Source: an uncultured virus (IMG/VR IMGVR_UViG_3300032288_005212)
Taxonomy: Duplodnaviria; Heunggongvirae; Uroviricota; Caudoviricetes
Strand: one strand, 5' to 3'
DNA length: 64,000 bases
IMG/VR virus record: IMGVR_UViG_3300032288_005212
Coordinates: 1-64,000 of that record
The position numbers were made by a program, and so were the translations under genes. The notes beneath the pieces are model-generated. The model had not been told where the DNA came from, ran no database searches, and worked only from the letters and a program-made list of their open reading frames with translations. Shown here in pieces: positions 57,925 to 64,000 of the stretch. How positions within the stretch are numbered: position 1 is the stretch's first letter; each line of letters starts with the position of its first letter.

Positions 57925-58695
57925 GTGAAAAAGGTAGCTTTATACTGTCAAGTCGGCTCTGCAATTGATATGTTAGATTTTAGCATAAATAATGCTATAA
58001 AAAATTCTGGCCTATCGAAGGAAGATTATGATATAATTTTTATATGCTGGAAAACTTCTGCGGAAGTTTATAGCTGGTTACATAAAAACAGTCATCACTA
58101 TGAAGAAATGGACTATGATGAAGGAAAGGGGTTTTTATGGAACCTGTACAAAGGCTGGAATTTTGGATATGAAGTTGGTTATAAGTATTCAGATACAGTG
58201 TGCCCTATAGCTACTGACCACGCTTTTTATACTAATTGGTTAGCAAATTTATTAAAGCATCGACAAAATAATAGAATAGTTAATTGCAAGTTGATAGAAC
58301 CAGGCACCTTACCTTCTTTACACACAACTAAAAATTTTGGATTAACTACTAATACCGATTTTAAAGAGGAAGAATTTTTAAAATTTTGTTCTACGATAAG
58401 TCAAGATAAATTAATTTTTGAGGATAATCTAGAGCCTTATTGGAAAAATAGAGGTGTAGGTGGTTCATACGGACATAGGCTTGATGCTATGCCATTTATA
58501 TGTCCAAAAGATGTTTGGGAAAGATTTGGGCCAATGCTACAAACAAAAAATTCTCATAGCGTAACAGGAGATACGGATTTTTTTGATAGGTGCAAAGCGG
58601 GTGGCGTAGAGGTAACTAAATCTTTAGATGCAATTAGTTATCATTGCGGCGGTATAGAGACAAAAAGAAATATGTCTAATAATATTTACACTTGA
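57925..58695 (+). CDS. GT-A fold glycosyltransferase (paralog of 56625)
   Basis: WN.G, TD..F..NWL.NLLK, LIEPG, MP and GD..FF...YH motifs. Confidence 0.7.
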   Translation: MKKVALYCQVGSAIDMLDFSINNAIKNSGLSKEDYDIIFICWKTSAEVYSWLHKNSHHYEEMDYDEGKGFLWNLYKGWNFGYEVGYKYSDTVCPIATDHAFYTNWLANLLKHRQNNRIVNCKLIEPGTLPSLHTTKNFGLTTNTDFKEEEFLKFCSTISQDKLIFEDNLEPYWKNRGVGGSYGHRLDAMPFICPKDVWERFGPMLQTKNSHSVTGDTDFFDRCKAGGVEVTKSLDAISYHCGGIETKRNMSNNIYT

Positions 58696-58702
58696 GGCTA
58701 TT

Positions 58703-59500
58703 ATGATAAAAATAGGTATAATAGGTTTAGGCGTAATAGGTTCGGCGTGTAAGTACGGTTTTGAAAAGCTAGGGCATACAGTATTAGTGCACGATATAAA
58801 ACTCCAAACTAAATTGGAGGATTTAATTATCTGCGATATTATATATGTATGTGTTCCCACCCCCTCAGATTACTTGGGTAATTGCAATACGTCTATAGTG
58901 GAACAAGTAGTATATGCTTTAAAAAATTTAAATTACCAGAATATAGTTGCTATAAAATCTACGGTTAAACCAACTACAACACAGAAACTTATTGATGACA
59001 CTAATTTATCTATTTGTTTTGTTCCAGAGTTTTTAAGAGAAAGATGCGCTATAGCCGATTTCACGGAAAACCACGACTTATTAGCAATTGGAACAGAAGA
59101 TAACGATGTATTCAATAGAGTAAAAGAATGTCATGGATTTTTTCCAAGGAATATTATAAAGTTAACCCCAACAGAAGCAGAAATATTAAAGTACTACTCT
59201 AACACCTTTAATGCCTTAAAAGTTATTTTTGCTAATGAGATGTATGAAGTCTGTAAAAAAATAGGCGCTAACTACACAAAAGTTAAAGATACTTATATTT
59301 TACGAAATACTACTAAAGATATGTATTTAGATGTGAATGATAATTTTAGAGGCTACGCTGGAGTATGTCTACCAAAAGATACAAAAGCACTCAGTATGTT
59401 TATTAAGGATCTCGGCCTAGACTTAAAATTGTTTGAAACTTTAGAGCAAGAAAATGAGAAATTTAAAAAGACAGTGTTTGATGGTATGAGGCTAGAATGA
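58703..59500 (+). CDS. UDP-glucose/GDP-mannose dehydrogenase family protein (short form)
   Basis: GLGVIG, CVPTP, IKSTV.P, PEFLRE, KY..N and G.CLPKD motifs; lacks the C-terminal domain. Confidence 0.9.
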   Translation: MIKIGIIGLGVIGSACKYGFEKLGHTVLVHDIKLQTKLEDLIICDIIYVCVPTPSDYLGNCNTSIVEQVVYALKNLNYQNIVAIKSTVKPTTTQKLIDDTNLSICFVPEFLRERCAIADFTENHDLLAIGTEDNDVFNRVKECHGFFPRNIIKLTPTEAEILKYYSNTFNALKVIFANEMYEVCKKIGANYTKVKDTYILRNTTKDMYLDVNDNFRGYAGVCLPKDTKALSMFIKDLGLDLKLFETLEQENEKFKKTVFDGMRLE

Positions 59501-60525
59501 AAAAAGTTCTGTTAACTGGTAGTGAAGGATTTATTGGTTCTTATATATGTAATGAATTATTGGATTACAACTATGTTGTAGTTGGGGTTGATAACTATTC
59601 TAAATATGGAAAAATTATTAGGCCACATAATTCCCATAAAAACTTTAAATTATATAATGAAGATATACTGTCTAGCAATTTCCTAAAAATAGTTAACAAT
59701 GAAAAACCGGATATTATTATAGCTGGGGCAGCTATGATAGGCGGAATTTCCTATTTTCATAAATATGCTTATGACCTGTTAGCTACAAATGAAAGAATAC
59801 TAGCACAAACTTTTGATGCCGCAATATGTGGGCATAAAGAAGGCTGGCTCGAAAGAATAATTGTTATGTCTAGTTCTATGGTTTTTGAAGAGACGTCAAT
59901 TTATCCTACCCCAGAAACAGAAATAAAGAAATGTCCCCCGCCTTCCTCTACTTATGGGTTTCAGAAGCTGGCATCCGAATATTTTGCAAAAGGGGCGTTT
60001 GAGCAATACGGATTACCTTATACAATACTTAGGCCTTTTAATTGTGTTGGTATTGGAGAGGAAGATTCAATATCAGAACATGAGGTTACATCTGGTAATA
60101 TTAAATTATTGATGTCGCACGTTCTCCCAGATTTAGTTAATAAAATATTAAAAAAACAGTACCCATTACACATATTAGGAGACGGAGGCCAGGTTAGGTG
60201 TTACACTAATGGTGTAGACCTAGCAAGAGGCGTTAGGCTCGCTATTGAGTCTGATAAAGCCATAAATAATGATTTTAATTTATCTACAGAAGTATCTACT
60301 AGCGTCCTAGAATTGGCGGAGTTAATTTGGGAATTGATTAATCCAGAAAAACCTTTTAAATATGTTTCTGACGCTGCTTTTGATTATGATGTTCAAAAAA
60401 GAATTCCAGACGTAAGCAAGGCTAGAGATATTTTAAATTTTGAGGCTAAAGTTTCCTTGGAGGAATCCGTTATAGAAGTTATAAATTATATGAGTAAGAA
60501 GCATGAAAGAAATACAGTTATGTAA
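59497..60525 (+). CDS. NAD-dependent epimerase/dehydratase
   Basis: TGSEGFIGS, SSSMV, YGFQK and RPFN motifs. Confidence 0.9.
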   Translation: MKKVLLTGSEGFIGSYICNELLDYNYVVVGVDNYSKYGKIIRPHNSHKNFKLYNEDILSSNFLKIVNNEKPDIIIAGAAMIGGISYFHKYAYDLLATNERILAQTFDAAICGHKEGWLERIIVMSSSMVFEETSIYPTPETEIKKCPPPSSTYGFQKLASEYFAKGAFEQYGLPYTILRPFNCVGIGEEDSISEHEVTSGNIKLLMSHVLPDLVNKILKKQYPLHILGDGGQVRCYTNGVDLARGVRLAIESDKAINNDFNLSTEVSTSVLELAELIWELINPEKPFKYVSDAAFDYDVQKRIPDVSKARDILNFEAKVSLEESVIEVINYMSKKHERNTVM

Positions 60526-61162
60526 ATCAAAAATAAACGCTATAGACCTATACAGTATATACTGTCAAGTTGATACAGAAGGTAAATGGGCAGACGGCTG
60601 GAATAAATTTTTGAATGCTAAATCAGGGGAATGGCACGGCCACTATAAACTTTTAGCTTATTTATCAACTTTTTTTAGCCCAGGAGACACTTTATTAGAT
60701 ATAGGAACATTAACAGGAGCGTCTAGTCTAGCGCTGTCTTTTAACGAAACTGTAAAAGTTTATTCTTTTGATCTTGCCAAGCAAACTTTTCATTCAGGAA
60801 ACCCTGGTGATAGTAGGTACATTTATGAATCAGATGAGCAAGTGTTAGCAAAAAATACAAGAGAAAATATTACCTATATTGTAGGAGATTGTCTACAACA
60901 TGGTAAATTATTACTAAACTCATCTTTAATATACGTCGATATAGACCATAGCGGAGAAATAGAGGCCAATATTTTGAATTTCTTGCACAGTAATAATTGG
61001 AGAGGTATAGTAATATTAGATGATATTTATTGGACAACTATGCAACCTCTTTGGAGCAGTATTCCTGAAAAAATGAAACTAGACATTAGTATCTACGGCA
61101 ATGGCAAGGACGGAACAGGGCTCATTAACTTTGGAAATATTTATTCGGTGACCTATGAATAA
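60503..61162 (+). CDS. SAM methyltransferase (Methyltransf_24-like)
   Basis: LDIGT..G.S, YVDIDH and ILDDI motifs. Confidence 0.75.
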   Translation: MKEIQLCKSKINAIDLYSIYCQVDTEGKWADGWNKFLNAKSGEWHGHYKLLAYLSTFFSPGDTLLDIGTLTGASSLALSFNETVKVYSFDLAKQTFHSGNPGDSRYIYESDEQVLAKNTRENITYIVGDCLQHGKLLLNSSLIYVDIDHSGEIEANILNFLHSNNWRGIVILDDIYWTTMQPLWSSIPEKMKLDISIYGNGKDGTGLINFGNIYSVTYE

Positions 61163-61511
61163 TATAAGCTATCTAATAGAACAAATAATATTAAATTCTA
61201 TACAAGAATATGACGGTACTTACGACTCTGACAATTCTTTTAAAGAACTAGTTTCGATAGGCGAATTGGTAGATAGATTGTCCATAGTAAATTTTAAACT
61301 TTATAAATTAAAAGATGAAGTAATGATGAGACCAGAGGATACGAACTTTAAAGCGTGGGCGTCCACAGAAGATGTAAAATTAGTTATTGAAAGGTCAAGA
61401 CTAAAAAAGTGCATAGATGAGAAATTAATTTTTATGATACACAAAATTTATAATAATGATTTTTTGGCAGGCTTTAACTCCGAAGTTAAAAAATACGGTA
61501 ATCAAATATGA
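61155..61511 (+). CDS. DUF4254-like helical protein
   Basis: SIGELVDRLSI...K......ER..LK..ID...EVK.Y. Confidence 0.55.
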   Translation: MNNISYLIEQIILNSIQEYDGTYDSDNSFKELVSIGELVDRLSIVNFKLYKLKDEVMMRPEDTNFKAWASTEDVKLVIERSRLKKCIDEKLIFMIHKIYNNDFLAGFNSEVKKYGNQI

Positions 61512-62533
61512 AGTGCTTAGTTATATTGGGGACTAGACCCGAAGCAATAAGGTTATACCATACTATAAAAGAACTTAATCCTTACAAAATATTTTGGACA
61601 GGCCAAAATTTTTCCAAGAATTTAAGTACAGATATTATTCAAGATCCTAGATTTGATAATATTTATAAAGATATGGTATTGTCTTCTATAGAAGAAACAG
61701 ATTTTTTTCAACAATTTACAAAAATGTTGTTAAATATCGATAGTTTTATAAAACAATGTAGCCCAGACAAAATTTTAATTCTAGGAGATACTAACTCTAG
61801 TTTAGCCGCTGCTTTAGCTGCTAAAAAGAATGATATTCCGTTATACCATATGGAAGCTGGGAATAGATGTTATAACCCCAAATCTCCGGAAGAGATTAAT
61901 AGGAGAATGATAGATAGTATCGCTGACGTACATTTATGCTATACTAAATTCGCTAAACAAAACTTATTAAATGAAGGTGTGCCGCTAAATAAAATTCATG
62001 TAATTGGTAACCCAATGGCCGAGTTTCCAGAACTCCATTCATATGATACAAAAGAAAAAAGTCAGGTACTGGTTACTTTACATAGAAAAGAGAATGAAGA
62101 GTATTTACCGAATTTACTTAATTTTTTTAATAGTTTAAATTCTAAAGTCAAAGTTAAATTAGTATTACATCCAAGATATTATAAATTTTTTACTGAAAAA
62201 TTTACCGATGTGGTTCCAAGCGTAAACTTTTCTGATTTTGTAAAGTTACAGCAAGAGTCGAGCTTAATAATAACAGATTCTGGTACCGTATGTGAAGAAG
62301 CCGCTATTCTTAAAAAACCTTGCCTAATAATAAGAGAAACAACAGAGAGACCAGAACTTTTAGAGTTAGGTAGCACAATTTTGGGGGATATAAAAAACAC
62401 AGATAATCTATTAAGCAGCTCAGACGCTTTATTAAATTTAACACGAGACTGGGACTTACCAGATGAGTACAAGTATCAAAAAGTTTCTAAGAAAGTAAAA
62501 ACTATTCTATTAAGTAAGCAAAACTATATATGA
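61508..62533 (+). CDS. UDP-N-acetylhexosamine 2-epimerase (WecB/FnlC-like)
   Basis: GTRPEAIRL, LGDTNS, HMEAGNR, PEE.NR, TDSG..EE and R.TTERPE motifs. Confidence 0.92.
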   Translation: MKCLVILGTRPEAIRLYHTIKELNPYKIFWTGQNFSKNLSTDIIQDPRFDNIYKDMVLSSIEETDFFQQFTKMLLNIDSFIKQCSPDKILILGDTNSSLAAALAAKKNDIPLYHMEAGNRCYNPKSPEEINRRMIDSIADVHLCYTKFAKQNLLNEGVPLNKIHVIGNPMAEFPELHSYDTKEKSQVLVTLHRKENEEYLPNLLNFFNSLNSKVKVKLVLHPRYYKFFTEKFTDVVPSVNFSDFVKLQQESSLIITDSGTVCEEAAILKKPCLIIRETTERPELLELGSTILGDIKNTDNLLSSSDALLNLTRDWDLPDEYKYQKVSKKVKTILLSKQNYI

Positions 62534-63249
62534 TAAATTTACAAAAGTTAAGCCTAGAAGAACTTAGAGATAGTTTTACAACCTCTTACCCATTTAATTA
62601 TTTGGTTCTGGATAATTTTCTTGAGGAGAAAATAGCGGACAGCATATTAAACGATTTAAATACTGATGACTATTCGACTTGGGATAAGAGAGCCGATGCT
62701 GGAGTACAAGTAAAAGATCGTTCCAATTGGAAGAATGATGCGGATGTGCCGCAGTCTACAAGAAATTTAATTCAGTACTTAAACTCAGGAGATTTTTTAC
62801 GGTGGCTATCAGAAGCCACAGGCATTCAAGGAATTATTCCAGACCCGTATCTTACCGGAGGAGGGTTTAATAAAATTAATAGGGGCGGCACTCTTGCTAT
62901 ACACGCTGACGGTAATTGGCATGATTTGATGGCAGTACACCGCAGGCTTAATTTAATTATATACCTAAATAAAAATTGGTTGCCAGAATGGGGCGGCAAT
63001 CTTGAGCTATGGTCTAATAAAGATAGTAGGCCAGATAAATGTGAAAAAGAAATTGAGCCTTATTTTAATAGGCTGGTATTATTTAAAACTGATGATTACA
63101 GTTTTCATGGCCACCCAAAGCAACTAAACTGCCCAGAAAATGTTTCAAGAAAATCTTTGATATTGTATTATTATACAAGCACCAGACCCAGTACAGAAGT
63201 TGAGTCTTTAGAGAATAAGCACAGAGCTATATTTCATAAATCCGTATAA
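62530..63249 (+). CDS. 2OG-Fe(II) oxygenase
   Basis: PF....DNF, DP...GGG, HAD, RRLN..YLN..W...GG.LELW and HG...RKS motifs. Confidence 0.9.
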   Translation: MINLQKLSLEELRDSFTTSYPFNYLVLDNFLEEKIADSILNDLNTDDYSTWDKRADAGVQVKDRSNWKNDADVPQSTRNLIQYLNSGDFLRWLSEATGIQGIIPDPYLTGGGFNKINRGGTLAIHADGNWHDLMAVHRRLNLIIYLNKNWLPEWGGNLELWSNKDSRPDKCEKEIEPYFNRLVLFKTDDYSFHGHPKQLNCPENVSRKSLILYYYTSTRPSTEVESLENKHRAIFHKSV

Positions 63250-63260
63250 GAGGAAAAATA

Positions 63261-64000
63261 ATGTTTAATAATTCTACTGTATTAATAACTGGCGGCACTG
63301 GTTCTTGGGGTCAAACACTAACCACAAAATTAATTGAACTATATAGCCCTAAAAAAATTATTATATTTTCTAGGGGAGAATTACAACAAGTATTAATGCA
63401 AAGAAAGTTTAATAATCCTATTATCCAATATATAATAGGAGACGTAAGAGACTATGAAGCTATAAAATTTGCTACACTTGGCGTAGATTATGTTTTTCAC
63501 CTGGCTGCATTGAAACACGTTCCAATATGTGAAAATCAACCACAAGAAGCTATAAAAACTAATATAACAGGCACTACAAATGTTATCAATGCAGCAATAC
63601 TTAATAAAGTAAAAAAAGTAATAGATGTATCTACAGATAAAGCAGTAGACCCTATTAATTTATATGGTATGACAAAGGCTGTAGGAGAAAAAGCAATAAT
63701 TCAAGCAAACGACCTCAGCTCGCATACAAAATTTGTATGCGTGCGCGGAGGAAACGTAATGGGATCAAACGGTAGTGTGATTCCATTTTTCATAGAGCAG
63801 ATTAAATCTGGCGGACCAATTACTATCACAGACTCCAATATGACTAGATTTTTCTTAACTTTAAATGAAGCTATTGGATTATTATTTAAAGCAGCAGAAG
63901 ATAGCATTGGAGGAGAAACATTTGTTATGAAAATGCCTTCTTGCTACATAGAAGATATCGCGTCTATCCTAATGCAAAAATACGGTATAGTGCCTATAAA
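63261..64000 (+). CDS. UDP-GlcNAc 4,6-dehydratase (PseB/FnlA/CapD family), truncated by window edge
   Basis: Hand translation MFNNSTVLITGGTGSWG, GDVRD, HLAALKHVP.CE, STDKA..P.N.YG.TK and RGGNV.GS.GSV.P. Confidence 0.9.
   Translation, partial: MFNNSTVLITGGTGSWGQTLTTKLIELYSPKKIIIFSRGELQQVLMQRKFNNPIIQYIIGDVRDYEAIKFATLGVDYVFHLAALKHVPICENQPQEAIKTNITGTTNVINAAILNKVKKVIDVSTDKAVDPINLYGMTKAVGEKAIIQANDLSSHTKFVCVRGGNVMGSNGSVIPFFIEQIKSGGPITITDSNMTRFFLTLNEAIGLLFKAAEDSIGGETFVMKMPSCYIEDIASILMQKYGIVPI

Overview
This is a 64-kb slice of a lytic T5-like (Demerecviridae-related) siphophage. The host is probably a gammaproteobacterium, inferred from sigma54 and Fur-like motifs and an OprI/Lpp-like lipoprotein. 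1-28.8 kb (minus strand) is the virion module: fibres, a lambda-type tail tip (J/I/K/L/M), T5-type tape measure, chaperones, tail tube and completion proteins, a fused prohead protease-major capsid protein, portal, HNH nickase, TerL, TerS and accessory fibre genes. About 28.85-38.05 kb is a mostly GC-rich, plus-strand island at the position of the T5 terminal repeat / first-step-transfer region. It holds small ORFs (HNH, WYL_2-like, zincins, HAD phosphatase, DEDDh exonuclease, three A2-like DNA-binding paralogs). Its intergenic gaps repeat a composite module: sigma54 -24/-12 box, CCTAGG-N4-Fur-like palindrome, leftward sigma70 promoter with GGCGC discriminator, TGGTAATATTACCA-type palindrome and rightward promoter. 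Two ORF-poor, highly structured segments follow (38.06-38.47 kb and 39.69-40.19 kb). Next come a dense array of small early genes, three tRNAs, MazG-like, ThyX, PhoH, Hsp20, holin and lysozyme genes, and a cluster of at least 15 glycosylation / nucleotide-sugar / methyltransferase genes running off the window. The best candidates for undescribed systems are (1) the host-factor binding-site array in the first-injected DNA, (2) a Ser-Pro-directed virion glycosylation system and (3) a ~500-nt stand-alone structured ncRNA. All protein calls come from motif recognition by eye; no database searches were run.
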